Position numbers and translations under genes: made by a program. Below the pieces are notes generated by a model, which had not been told where the DNA came from, searched no databases, and was given only the letters and a program-made list of their open reading frames with translations. This document shows, one piece after another, positions 46,014-54,921 of a DNA stretch of 64,000 nt (positions within the stretch are counted from its first letter, which is position 1; each line of letters starts with the position of its first letter). The stretch covers positions 1 to 64,000 of the forward strand of contig JAZDDX010000029.1 of assembly GCA_043809315.1 (NCBI GenBank). The letters run 5' to 3'. The DNA comes from Pseudomonadota bacterium (lineage in GTDB: Bacteria; Bdellovibrionota_G; JALEGL01; DATDPG01).

Positions 46014-46547
46014 CTAACGGACACATTTCGGCGGATCCGCCCGGTCGCAAATTTTCATGTTGTCGTTCACGTACCGGGTGATCCGCTCCGCATCCTCCGG
46101 CGAAAGCTTGATTCGGGGAAGCTGGTACCGGATCGCGTAGACGACGTCGTTCTCCCCGTCCACTACGAGCAGCACGCCGCTTTCGACCTGCATCGGGCAC
46201 TGGTACCGGATCGTCGACCGTTTCCGGTCTTTCGTCTGGGAGATCACTTCCGTCTTGCACTTTCCCAGCCGATACGCCTTGAGGCGCTCCTCCGCCAGCT
46301 TGGGTGCCGTGATTTTCATCGTGGACTTGGGGAGATATTCTTCCACGATCATTTCCGTATACGTAGACGGCGTCTCGCCGACCTTCATGAACATGGTCTC
46401 GCCGTGGTCCCTAAAGTTCGTGTGCTGCGCCGCCCGCCAATGAGGCGGCAGTTTCATCATCAACTCCGGTTTCACACTCTCCACACCGAGACCGACCGAA
46501 GACGTAAGAAGGATCCAAACAAAAAGAGAACCGCGGAAGAGTCGCAT
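46014..46547 (-). CDS. Secreted hypothetical protein
   Basis: Signal-like N-terminus MRLFRGSLFVWILL; four Cys. Confidence 0.55.
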   Translation of the reverse strand: MRLFRGSLFVWILLTSSVGLGVESVKPELMMKLPPHWRAAQHTNFRDHGETMFMKVGETPSTYTEMIVEEYLPKSTMKITAPKLAEERLKAYRLGKCKTEVISQTKDRKRSTIRYQCPMQVESGVLLVVDGENDVVYAIRYQLPRIKLSPEDAERITRYVNDNMKICDRADPPKCVR

Positions 46548-46634
46548 TGTTGAATCGTACCCTCCGGAACCGACCGGGACAAAAAAGTTCGCATTTCGGC
46601 CCGTTCCGTGGAGAAATACCCCTTCGGAGGTGTC

Positions 46635-46955
46635 ATGAACAGGCAACTAGTGGTAATTGCGGTCATCGGATTGGCGACCGTCGCGACGGCCCAACCGGCG
46701 AAGCATGCCCGTCACCGGCAGGTGAGGCAGCAGGAAAGAATCCATCAAGGCGTAAAATCGGGGGAACTGACCCCGGAGGAAGTCCGCAAACTCGAACAGG
46801 AACAACGCTTGGTCCGGCAGGCGAAGAGAGCCGCCCGCTTGGACGGCGTCGTGACGCCCGAGGAAAAGCAGAAGATCCATCAGATGCAGGAAAAGACTTC
46901 GAAAGACATCTACGACGAGAAGCACGACGCGGAAAAAGCTCCGAATACCCCGTAG
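46635..46955 (+). CDS. Small secreted helical protein (RQxxRIxQG...GELT repeat type)
   Basis: GGAGG RBS, signal peptide, GELTPEE / GVVTPEE internal duplication. Confidence 0.75.
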   Translation: MNRQLVVIAVIGLATVATAQPAKHARHRQVRQQERIHQGVKSGELTPEEVRKLEQEQRLVRQAKRAARLDGVVTPEEKQKIHQMQEKTSKDIYDEKHDAEKAPNTP

Positions 46956-48507
46956 CATCGCCTGCGCGGCCCTGTTTCTTCTGGCCTGGACGGCGTTCGG
47001 GACGCTGGGCCGGACACCGTTCCTTTACGACGATGTCGTCACGATCCGGGACAACCGCCTGCTCGCCGATGCCGGCGGCCTTGGAAAAATCTGGCGCGGT
47101 CAGGTCGACCTACGCGGGGAGATGAACGGCGTCTACCGGCCCCTCCTGCTGACCTTCTTTTCCGCCCTGGGGCGCCTTGCAGGGTTCGAACCTCCCGTCT
47201 TCCGACTCGCCTCCCTCGTACTCCATGCTTCGACCGCCTTTCTCTTCTTTCTCCTGGCCCAACAGCTGTTTCGTCTGAGTTCCCTCGCGGCCGCAACCGC
47301 GGCATTGGTCTTTCTTCTGCACCCTCTTCAAACCACGAACCTTGCCATCGCCTGGAAGCAGAGCGATCTTTGGGTTTCGCTCCTTTCCCTTTCCTCTCTT
47401 CTCCTTTGGAACCACAAGAAGGGAATCGTCCCCGCTCTCTTTCTCTTCCTTCTCGCTCTCGGATTCAAAGAAACAGCGCTGATGATGCCGTTCCTCTGGC
47501 TCGCCACCGAACCGTTGCGGGGCCCGGAGGGAAGAAGCAGTAGAATCACCGCGGGCGTCGCGGGCGCCGTGACTGGCACAATCTTCTTTCTGTTTCTCCC
47601 TGCGCTCGTGCGCCCCTCTTCCACCCCGGGCAGTTTCCCGGGAAGCGGCTGGAGCTACTTCCTCACGCAGCTCGGAGTCTATCCGTACTACCTGAGAGAT
47701 CTCCTGTGGCCGCCGAATCTTACGATCGACCGGACGATTCCGCTGGCTTCGTCCCTTTCGGTTTCGCTCTTCCTATCCCTCGCGATCGTATCGAGCCTCT
47801 TGGCCGGCCTGATTGCGGGGACTGTCCGGAAGAATGCCGCCGCGATCTCGATCCTTCTGGCAGCCATCTGCTTCCTTCCCTCTTCGTCCCTCCACCCGCT
47901 CTCGCTTCTCTACGACGAGACGCGCCTCTACCTGGCTCTCGGCTTTCTTTCGATCGGACTCGTGAAACTCATCCTCTCCGTTTTGCCGGACGAGAGGATC
48001 CGGCCGGTCCTTAGAGTTTCTCTCTCGGCGAGCCTGGCGCTTCTTCTTCTCGTTTCCGGCCGACTCGGAACTTTCCGCTGGCGGTCGGAGGAGGCGCTTT
48101 GGGCCTCCGCCCTCGCCGTCGATCCAACATCGCTCCGGGCGCATTACCAGCTCGGGTACCTCGCCCAAAAAGCCCGCGCTCTGGATGACGCCGAACGGGA
48201 ATTCCGGAACGCCCTTGACCTCAACCCTAAGTTCCCGAACGCGCGTCTTCATTTGGGGATCGTTCTGGGGCAGAAGGGGGATCTCGACGGAGCCGCCCGG
48301 GAGTTCCGGCAACTCCTCTCGGCCGAGCCGTATTGGGCGTCCCAAGCCCACTTTTACCTGGGGTTGAATGCGGTCTATCGGCGCGATTTCGCCCAAGCGA
48401 AAGAGGAGTTCGCGACGGTCCGGAATTTCTCTCCCGGATCGGTGGAGGCCGAGCGGGGAGAGGCGATCTTGAACCGGACACGGGCGTACGCTACTCTCCG
48501 CAAATGA
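46927..48507 (+). CDS. TMTC-like GT-C membrane glycosyltransferase with C-terminal TPRs (start non-canonical or uncertain)
   Basis: FLYDD...I..N and YRPL motifs, HPLQT, KE, RLY, W.SE..LW, TPRs; the conserved part extends upstream of the first ATG (47122). Confidence 0.75.
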   Translation, partial: TRKKLRIPRSIACAALFLLAWTAFGTLGRTPFLYDDVVTIRDNRLLADAGGLGKIWRGQVDLRGEMNGVYRPLLLTFFSALGRLAGFEPPVFRLASLVLHASTAFLFFLLAQQLFRLSSLAAATAALVFLLHPLQTTNLAIAWKQSDLWVSLLSLSSLLLWNHKKGIVPALFLFLLALGFKETALMMPFLWLATEPLRGPEGRSSRITAGVAGAVTGTIFFLFLPALVRPSSTPGSFPGSGWSYFLTQLGVYPYYLRDLLWPPNLTIDRTIPLASSLSVSLFLSLAIVSSLLAGLIAGTVRKNAAAISILLAAICFLPSSSLHPLSLLYDETRLYLALGFLSIGLVKLILSVLPDERIRPVLRVSLSASLALLLLVSGRLGTFRWRSEEALWASALAVDPTSLRAHYQLGYLAQKARALDDAEREFRNALDLNPKFPNARLHLGIVLGQKGDLDGAAREFRQLLSAEPYWASQAHFYLGLNAVYRRDFAQAKEEFATVRNFSPGSVEAERGEAILNRTRAYATLRK

Positions 48508-48872
48508 CCGAACCCAGCCCCCCGCACCCGACCCGCGCGCGCCGGATTCCGGTCCGGATCCCGATCGAGCGCTCGACGCTCCCGGTCTTTCTCGACAGCG
48601 AGATCATGAACCTCTCGAAAGGAGGGGTCTTCGTCCGGACCGACCTCCCTCTCCCCCCCGGCAGCTCGATCGATTTCGAGTTCACGATCCCCGGTTCCGA
48701 ACGGGTGATCCGAGCGGAAGGGATCGTCGTCTGGGTCCGGAAACGGGACTCGAAGGACCGGGTCTTTCTCCCGGAACACCCCCCAGGAATGGGGGTTCAG
48801 TTTTCCAAACTGGCATCGGGGGATGTCGAGGCGATCCTCGATGAGATCGAATCGCTGATCGAGATTTCCTAA
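48504..48872 (+). CDS. Single PilZ-domain protein (TIGR02266-like)
   Basis: NLSKGGVFV, GIVVWVR, PGMGVQF. Confidence 0.85.
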   Translation: MTEPSPPHPTRARRIPVRIPIERSTLPVFLDSEIMNLSKGGVFVRTDLPLPPGSSIDFEFTIPGSERVIRAEGIVVWVRKRDSKDRVFLPEHPPGMGVQFSKLASGDVEAILDEIESLIEIS

Positions 48873-48927
48873 AAAATTCAAGCGGTTGATTGTTTGCGGC
48901 TGATCTGATAAAAAAGCGGGTCAATTT

Positions 48928-49437
48928 ATGGCGCCCCTCCCGGCCAATTTACATAAGTTCAAAATCGGAGAAAAGGCCGTCTATCCGGCTCACGGCGTCG
49001 GCGTCATCGAACGGATCGAGAATAAGGAGATCGCCGGGGCGATCCTGTCGTTCTACGTGATCCGGATTCTCGACAGCGACGTGACGGTCATGATCCCCAC
49101 GAACAACATCCAGACCGCCGGTCTCCGGGAGATCATCCAGCCCGAGAAGGTGAACCAGGTCTATAAGATCTTCCAGAAGAGGGACGTCGTGATCGACACG
49201 ACCACTTGGAACCGCCAGTACCGGGAGTACATGGAGAAGATCAAAACCGGGTCGGTCTTCGAGATTGCGGAAGTCATGCGGGACCTCTACGTCCTCAAGA
49301 GGACGAAGACCCTCTCCTTCGGGGAACGGAAAATGCTCGACACCGCCCGGAACCTCCTGATCAAGGAACTGGCCCTCGCCAAATCGGTGAGCGAGGACGA
49401 GATCGAACTGAACATCAAAAAGATCTTCGAAGTGTGA
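48928..49437 (+). CDS. carD: CarD/CdnL family transcription factor
   Basis: FKIGEKAVYPAHGVG, WNRQYR, LSFGERKMLD; upstream of ispDF. Confidence 0.92.
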   Translation: MAPLPANLHKFKIGEKAVYPAHGVGVIERIENKEIAGAILSFYVIRILDSDVTVMIPTNNIQTAGLREIIQPEKVNQVYKIFQKRDVVIDTTTWNRQYREYMEKIKTGSVFEIAEVMRDLYVLKRTKTLSFGERKMLDTARNLLIKELALAKSVSEDEIELNIKKIFEV

Positions 49438-50123
49438 AGGCGACGGCGATCATCACGGCGGGAGGGATCGGAACACGGATCCTGTCCCCCGTCCCGAAGC
49501 AGTTTATTCCGATCGCCGGCCTCCCCCTCATCATCCACACGCTTCGCGCCTTCGATCAGGCGCAAACGATCGATCACGTGATCGTCGTACTTCCGGAAAC
49601 CGAAAGCGATCGGCTGAACCAGCACGAGCTCAAACGGTACGAGATCCAGAAGGTCACCGCGGTCGTCTTCGGAGGGGAGACCCGGCAGGTCTCGGTCGGG
49701 AACGGCCTCGAGGCGATCCGCTGGGGTGCGAAATATGTCGCGATCCACGACGCCGCCCGTTGCCTCGTCACGCCGGAATTGGTCGACCGAACCGTCGCCG
49801 CCTGCAATGGATGGGACGGAGCGATCGCCGCCCTTCCCGTCCGCGATACGATCAAGCTCGTCGAGGGGGAAACGATCCTCAAGACCGAGCCGCGCGAAAA
49901 ACTTTGGGCCATGCAGACGCCGCAGGTGTTCCGCTTCCCCTTCATCCTCGACGCCTACCGGAACGCAAAGGCGACCGGTTTGGTGGCGACCGACGACGCC
50001 GCCGTGGCCGAGAAGGCTGGGGGGAAGATCCGGGTCATCGAGGGGAGCAGCCGGAACCTGAAGATCACGTTCGAGGAGGATCTCCGCCTCGCGGAGACGA
50101 TCCTTAAAGCGGGGGGAAAATGA
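49434..50123 (+). CDS. ispD: 2-C-methyl-D-erythritol 4-phosphate cytidylyltransferase
   Basis: AGGIGTR, PKQF, GGETRQVSV, HDAAR, QTPQ, TDD, NLKIT. Confidence 0.93.
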   Translation: MKATAIITAGGIGTRILSPVPKQFIPIAGLPLIIHTLRAFDQAQTIDHVIVVLPETESDRLNQHELKRYEIQKVTAVVFGGETRQVSVGNGLEAIRWGAKYVAIHDAARCLVTPELVDRTVAACNGWDGAIAALPVRDTIKLVEGETILKTEPREKLWAMQTPQVFRFPFILDAYRNAKATGLVATDDAAVAEKAGGKIRVIEGSSRNLKITFEEDLRLAETILKAGGK

Positions 50124-50602
50124 AGGGAGAGATTCGAATCGGGCAGGGGATCGACTTTCACCCGTTCGCCGAGGGGCGGAAGCTCGTTCTCGGTGGAGTT
50201 GAGATCCCGGGGGCGAAGGGGCTTGCGGGCCACTCCGACGCCGATGCCCTCTCGCATGCGATTGTGGATGCTCTCTTGGGAGCGCTGGCGCTCGGTGACA
50301 TCGGCATGCACTTCCTCGACACCGATCCGAGGTGGAAGGGGAAGTCGAGCCTCCACTTCGTCGAGTTCGCCACGATCCTCGTCGCCGAAAAGGGGTGGAC
50401 CATCGGGAACGTCGATTCGACGATCGTGACGGAAGAGCCGATCTTGAGGCCTCACGTCGAACCGATGCGGAAAAAACTGGCCGGAGCGCTCGCCCTCGAA
50501 CTCGATCAGGTCAGCGTCAAGGCGACCCGACCGGAGAAACTCGGAGCCCTCGGTCGAAAAGAAGGGCTCGTTGCCCTCGCGACGGCGATCCTACATCGAT
50601 AA
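50120..50602 (+). CDS. ispF: 2-C-methyl-D-erythritol 2,4-cyclodiphosphate synthase
   Basis: RIGQGIDFH, HSDAD, GDIGMHF, VSVKAT. Confidence 0.95.
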   Translation: MKGEIRIGQGIDFHPFAEGRKLVLGGVEIPGAKGLAGHSDADALSHAIVDALLGALALGDIGMHFLDTDPRWKGKSSLHFVEFATILVAEKGWTIGNVDSTIVTEEPILRPHVEPMRKKLAGALALELDQVSVKATRPEKLGALGRKEGLVALATAILHR

Positions 50603-50693
50603 GAATGTCAGCTTGAGCCCGACCTGACACGATCCTCGTCCCCCCTGACAGCACCAGCTCACATCATTCCGGACAGTTAGCTTCTTCTCCTGC

Positions 50694-50710
50694 TTGGTAC
50701 GGAGATTGCT
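50694..50710 (+). promoter_or_regulatory. Putative sigma54 promoter
   Basis: TTGGTACGGAGATTGCT; upstream TGTCAG-N12-CTGACA at 50606-50629. Confidence 0.7.
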
Positions 50711-50733
50711 CATCCGGAAGGCAGGAGAAAGAA

Positions 50734-51573
50734 ATGTCGATTCGAAAAACGTCCGTCGTCTGCTCGATCTTGATCCTCTCTCTTGCCGGCTGCTATTTGC
50801 CGGAGGACGATGAACACGGAGCCTGGGGAGAAACTTCGGGCGGATACGGAGGGGGGGTCTGCGGTAGCTCGTACTCGGGTCGGTCACTCACCACGGCCCC
50901 GGACGCCGGCTCGGTGACCTATAACCAGATCTTTTCGGCGGTCGATAACGCCACAATCGAAGGGGAAGGGTTTTTCGTCGATTTCGGAAACGGGACCGAG
51001 ATTTTCGTCTCGAGCCACTTCACCGACAATCCGCACGACATCTCGAACGTCCAGAGGAAGTTCCAGGCGATTCTGAAAGGGGTCAACAAAGTGACTTACC
51101 CCACCCCGCAGTCACTAGAGGTCTTCGTCGAGAGCAAAGCGGTCCTTGGATCGGAAAACCGAGTTTTGACCGTCGACGAATACGAGGCGCTGGCCCGACA
51201 GGTTCGAGAACTCGGCCATAAGAAGACGATCCAACTCGTCTACTACAAGGATCTGACGTTCGAGTTCGACACGGTTCGTTTCTCCTGCGCGAAAATCACG
51301 GAAATCGCCTCGACCACGGAGACGACCGGCGGAAGCGTCTATCTCTTCACCGTTTCTTTTTCGGACGGAACCGATCCCTTAAGCGTCGTCGCCGGCACGT
51401 CGGAGTCCAACTCGCTCGGCCTCCTGGCTGGGATTCAGTCTCAGATCGAAGGGTGCAAAGGGAGTAACCGATCGATCGTAGCGACTGGACTTCAATTCCA
51501 GGAGCAGATTTACACCTGTGACGGAACCCGCTCCGGCTGGACGACGTTCCACACGGAAGTCCGGGTGGAGTAG
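50734..51573 (+). CDS. Orphan lipoprotein
   Basis: AGGAG RBS; lipobox LAGC. Confidence 0.7.
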   Translation: MSIRKTSVVCSILILSLAGCYLPEDDEHGAWGETSGGYGGGVCGSSYSGRSLTTAPDAGSVTYNQIFSAVDNATIEGEGFFVDFGNGTEIFVSSHFTDNPHDISNVQRKFQAILKGVNKVTYPTPQSLEVFVESKAVLGSENRVLTVDEYEALARQVRELGHKKTIQLVYYKDLTFEFDTVRFSCAKITEIASTTETTGGSVYLFTVSFSDGTDPLSVVAGTSESNSLGLLAGIQSQIEGCKGSNRSIVATGLQFQEQIYTCDGTRSGWTTFHTEVRVE

Positions 51574-51575
51574 GA

Positions 51576-51932
51576 TCATTTTTTTTGATTAAAAACGGTC
51601 TTCAGCACCTTTGCGAGCGCCGGCAGATCGCTCCGAACGGTCTCCCAAACAATGTCGATATCCACGTCGAAGTATCCGTGGATGAGTCGGTTCCTGGCCC
51701 CCACCATGTTGGCCCATGGGATCTCTTTGTGTGCGACCTGAAAGCGCTTCGAAACTCTCCCTGCCGCTTCCCCGATGATTTCCAGGTCTTTGATCAGCGC
51801 CAGGGTCAGCATCCGATCGTCGCGGAGATCCTTCCTCGACTTCCCCCTCGCGAATCGAAGCGCCTCCGTGACCGCATCCAACATATGCCGAAGCCGGATC
51901 CGATCGGCGCCCCTCTTCGACTCAGGCGGCAT
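51576..51932 (-). CDS. HEPN/HepT-like (DUF86) ribonuclease toxin
   Basis: LEIIGEAA, IPW, RNRLIHGY (RX4HXY), VWE. Confidence 0.9.
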   Translation of the reverse strand: MPPESKRGADRIRLRHMLDAVTEALRFARGKSRKDLRDDRMLTLALIKDLEIIGEAAGRVSKRFQVAHKEIPWANMVGARNRLIHGYFDVDIDIVWETVRSDLPALAKVLKTVFNQKK

Positions 51933-52425
51933 AGAGCTCGAAAGCCTCTCGCGCTACCTCGTTCCGAAAATATCGGCTCAATTCCGACGGCGTCTTGAGA
52001 TCGACTTTCCGGCCTCCCAAGAGGCCCGATAGCTCGGTGGCCATCCCGGACATGGCAAAAATGCCGGGTTCCTCCCCCTTTCGGAATGCCACCAGAACAT
52101 CGACATCGCTGTCCGGACGAAAATCCGATCGTAAGACCGACCCGAAAAGCGCCAGTTTCCGGATGGCATGTCTCCGACAGAATTCCGCCAACGCGCTCCG
52201 CGACAGAACCAGGTTCTTCCGGACGGCCTCCGGGCCGAAACCGGCATGATCGATCTCACTCAACCCCAAGATCGTCGACAGCAGGTCACTCCGGCTTACG
52301 CCCCGCCGTTGACTCTCTTTCCCAAGCCACCTCGCCTGCAAGGGGGGAAGGGTGAACGAAACGCGCACGCGCCGCTCCTCCCCTTTCAATGGCCGTCCCA
52401 CCCGGGCTCGCGCTTCCGATGGCAT
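51922..52425 (-). CDS. MNT (MntA-like) nucleotidyltransferase antitoxin with N-terminal ribbon-helix-helix domain
   Basis: FGSVLRSDFRPDSDVDVLV (GSX10DXD), KVDL; N-terminal GRP...RVSFTL...GVSRSDLL. Confidence 0.85.
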   Translation of the reverse strand: MPSEARARVGRPLKGEERRVRVSFTLPPLQARWLGKESQRRGVSRSDLLSTILGLSEIDHAGFGPEAVRKNLVLSRSALAEFCRRHAIRKLALFGSVLRSDFRPDSDVDVLVAFRKGEEPGIFAMSGMATELSGLLGGRKVDLKTPSELSRYFRNEVAREAFELYAA

Positions 52426-52429
52426 GCCT

Positions 52430-52460
52430 ATTATGTATTACATAATTGGCAATTTGTCAA
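52430..52460 (-). promoter_or_regulatory. Sigma70-type promoter with palindromic operator over the -10 region
   Basis: TTGACA at 52455-52460 (minus strand); perfect ATTATGTA-N-TACATAAT at 52430-52446. Confidence 0.7.
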
Positions 52461-52466
52461 TATCTA

Positions 52467-53072
52467 TTAGATCCGCTTTAATTCCTGCTCGAGAATCCGC
52501 TGACCACCGCTCGGGTAGGTATAATAGACCCCCAGCCGCATCTTTCCGCTCTCGAGTTTAAAAACCCACACCCCCGAACGATCGAATCCGGCCGGGATAT
52601 CCTTCCCCGGAAGGCACGGCCCACCGGTCTTTTTCACGGTCCCCTTCAGATACCGGTAGGCGAGAAACAGATCGGACGGTTTCAGGTTGAGCCGCGTCGC
52701 CACCCAGGGGGGGATCTCTTTGAACGAAGCCCGCTCCCCGGTCCAGGTGATCGTACCGTCGTCGAACGTCCAGGCCTGATCGTCCGCTAGGACGGTTTCT
52801 TTCTGCGATTCCCCGGTCTCGACCGTTCCGATCAGCCGTCCCTTCGTTTCCCGAAGTTCCATCGCGATCCTTGTCCCGGCGCCGTCCCCCTGCGGGTTTC
52901 CCCCCGCGGTCGTTTCCCTCAGATTGACCGTGATCGCCCCTCTCCAGCGCCCTTCTAGTGATCCGAGTTTCATGGTTCCCCCCTCTTTATCAACCTTGTT
53001 GAGACGTCCATCGGACGTTTGGGCCAAAATCATGACCAAAAAAACTACCATCATCGTGATCATTCTCTTCAT
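52467..53072 (-). CDS. Secreted hypothetical protein
   Basis: ATGA overlap with the rarA stop; hydrophobic N-terminus. Confidence 0.6.
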   Translation of the reverse strand: MKRMITMMVVFLVMILAQTSDGRLNKVDKEGGTMKLGSLEGRWRGAITVNLRETTAGGNPQGDGAGTRIAMELRETKGRLIGTVETGESQKETVLADDQAWTFDDGTITWTGERASFKEIPPWVATRLNLKPSDLFLAYRYLKGTVKKTGGPCLPGKDIPAGFDRSGVWVFKLESGKMRLGVYYTYPSGGQRILEQELKRI

Positions 53073-54415
53073 GACTTCTTCTCCGATTGCCCGCGCTGGC
53101 GCCGCCGGATTTCTTCCCAATACTGTTTCCGCTCGCCGAGTTCCTTCTCTTTCCCCTGATCGGTCGGCTCATAGTAGCGACGGTTCCGCAGTTTCTCCGG
53201 CATGCACTCGAGCGCGGTTGTCTTTTCCTCGGTCTTGTGCGCGTACTCGTACCCCTTGCCGTAGTCGAGTTCCTTCATCAGCTTCGTCGACGCGTTCCGG
53301 ATCGCGAGCGGCACCGGATAGACGTGCCCATCGCGAAGATCTTTCTCAACCCGGCCGTACCCGACGTAAAGTGCGTTCGATTTCGGCGCCAGCGCCAGAT
53401 AGCTGGTGGCCTGCGCCAATGCCAACTTCCCCTCCGGCACGCCAAGAAAATGGATCGCGTCGCGCGCCGCGACTGCCACGACCAGCGCCTGCGGATCGGC
53501 GTTCCCGACATCCTCGCTCGCGAACCGGATCAACCTCCGCGCGACGTAGAGTGGGTCTTCGCCGGCCTCGAGCATTCTTCCCAGCCAGTACATTGCCGCA
53601 TCCGGATCGCCGTTCCGCATACTCTTGTGAAGTGCCGAGATGACGTTGTAATGCTCCTCCCCCGTCTTGTCGTAGAGAAGCGCCGCTCTCTGATTCGCCC
53701 GATCCACCACCGACCGGTCGACCGTCTTCCCCGGCTCGACCAATTCCGAGGCGGTCTCCAATAAATTGAGAGACAGTCGTGCGTCCCCCGGCGCCATCAT
53801 CGCCAGATATTCGAAAGCGTCGTCGGAGACGGCGAGATTCTTCCCCTTGAGCTTTGGGTCCTGGGCGAGCGCGCGCTTGAGCAGCGAAACCAGATCGGGA
53901 AGCGAGAGAGGATCGAGCGTGTAGATCCGCATCCGGGAGAGAAGCGCGCTGATTATTTCGAATGAAGGGTTCTCCGTCGTCGCCCCCATCAGAATCACGT
54001 CGCCCCGCTCGACGAACGGAAGGAATGCGTCCTGTTGCGCCTTGTTGAACCGGTGGATCTCGTCGACGAAGATGACCGTCTGTCGCTTCCCCATGCGACG
54101 GCTCTGCTCCGCCTGGAGCATCACCTCGCGAACTTCCTTGATCCCCGAAAGAACCGCCGAGAACGGCACGAACCGGTACCCGCTCTGTTCCGCGAGGATT
54201 TGGGCGATCGTCGTTTTGCCCGACCCCGGGGGACCCCAAAGGATGAAGGAGTGGAGGGTTCCGGTCTTGAGGGCGCTCGTCAAAAGCCCGGTCGGGCCGA
54301 CCAGGTGCTGTTGCCCGACCACCTCCTCCAGCTTTTTTGGGCGCATCCTTGCGGCGAGCGGGGTGTCGCCGGACCGTTCCAGCGGCTTCTCCGTCGTTGT
54401 GGAAAAGAGATCCAT
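53069..54415 (-). CDS. rarA: Replication-associated recombination protein A
   Basis: PLAARMRP, WGPPGSGKT, DEIHRFNKAQQD, ISALHKS, ASEDVGNADP. Confidence 0.95.
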   Translation of the reverse strand: MDLFSTTTEKPLERSGDTPLAARMRPKKLEEVVGQQHLVGPTGLLTSALKTGTLHSFILWGPPGSGKTTIAQILAEQSGYRFVPFSAVLSGIKEVREVMLQAEQSRRMGKRQTVIFVDEIHRFNKAQQDAFLPFVERGDVILMGATTENPSFEIISALLSRMRIYTLDPLSLPDLVSLLKRALAQDPKLKGKNLAVSDDAFEYLAMMAPGDARLSLNLLETASELVEPGKTVDRSVVDRANQRAALLYDKTGEEHYNVISALHKSMRNGDPDAAMYWLGRMLEAGEDPLYVARRLIRFASEDVGNADPQALVVAVAARDAIHFLGVPEGKLALAQATSYLALAPKSNALYVGYGRVEKDLRDGHVYPVPLAIRNASTKLMKELDYGKGYEYAHKTEEKTTALECMPEKLRNRRYYEPTDQGKEKELGERKQYWEEIRRRQRGQSEKKS

Positions 54416-54468
54416 CGGCTACGGTGCCGTTCTAGCCCCGCCCCGGCGCGGAAGCAAGGAGCCAGACG

Positions 54469-54921
54469 ATGAAAGGAAAACCCCCCCGACTCTCCCACGT
54501 GGAGATGATCCAGCAGGTCCTCCCGGGCGACACCAACCCGCACGGCACCGTCTTCGGCGGAAAGGTGATGCAGTGGATCGACATCGCCGGAGCGGTCTCG
54601 GCAATGCGGCACGTGAAGGGGCCGGTCGTGACCGCCTCGTTCGACCGGGTCGATTTCCTCGCTCCGGGAAAATTAGGGCACATCATGGTTCTCAAGGGGC
54701 AGGTGAACTATTCGGGAAGAACCTCCCTCGAGGTCGGAGTGGAGGTGCATGCGGAGGACCCGATGACCGGCGAGCGTGTGATGACGACGAAAGCGGTGAT
54801 CACATACGTGGCGATCGACGCCAAGGGACGTCCGGTCCCGGTTCCGCGGGTTCTGCCGGAGACGGCCGAGGAAAAGCGAAGGTTTCATGATGGCGAGGTG
54901 CGCCGGAAAGCACGGAAATGA
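54469..54921 (+). CDS. Acyl-CoA thioesterase (hotdog fold, YciA-like)
   Basis: PGDTNPHGTVFGG, GRTSLEV, YVAID..GRP. Confidence 0.9.
   Translation: MKGKPPRLSHVEMIQQVLPGDTNPHGTVFGGKVMQWIDIAGAVSAMRHVKGPVVTASFDRVDFLAPGKLGHIMVLKGQVNYSGRTSLEVGVEVHAEDPMTGERVMTTKAVITYVAIDAKGRPVPVPRVLPETAEEKRRFHDGEVRRKARK

Noticed and set aside
8498-46606. GGACAAA-N17/18-CG(C/T)T before two small periplasmic proteins (8463 and 46635) as a shared ECF promoter
   Set aside because: Only two short matches with different spacing; indistinguishable from chance by eye
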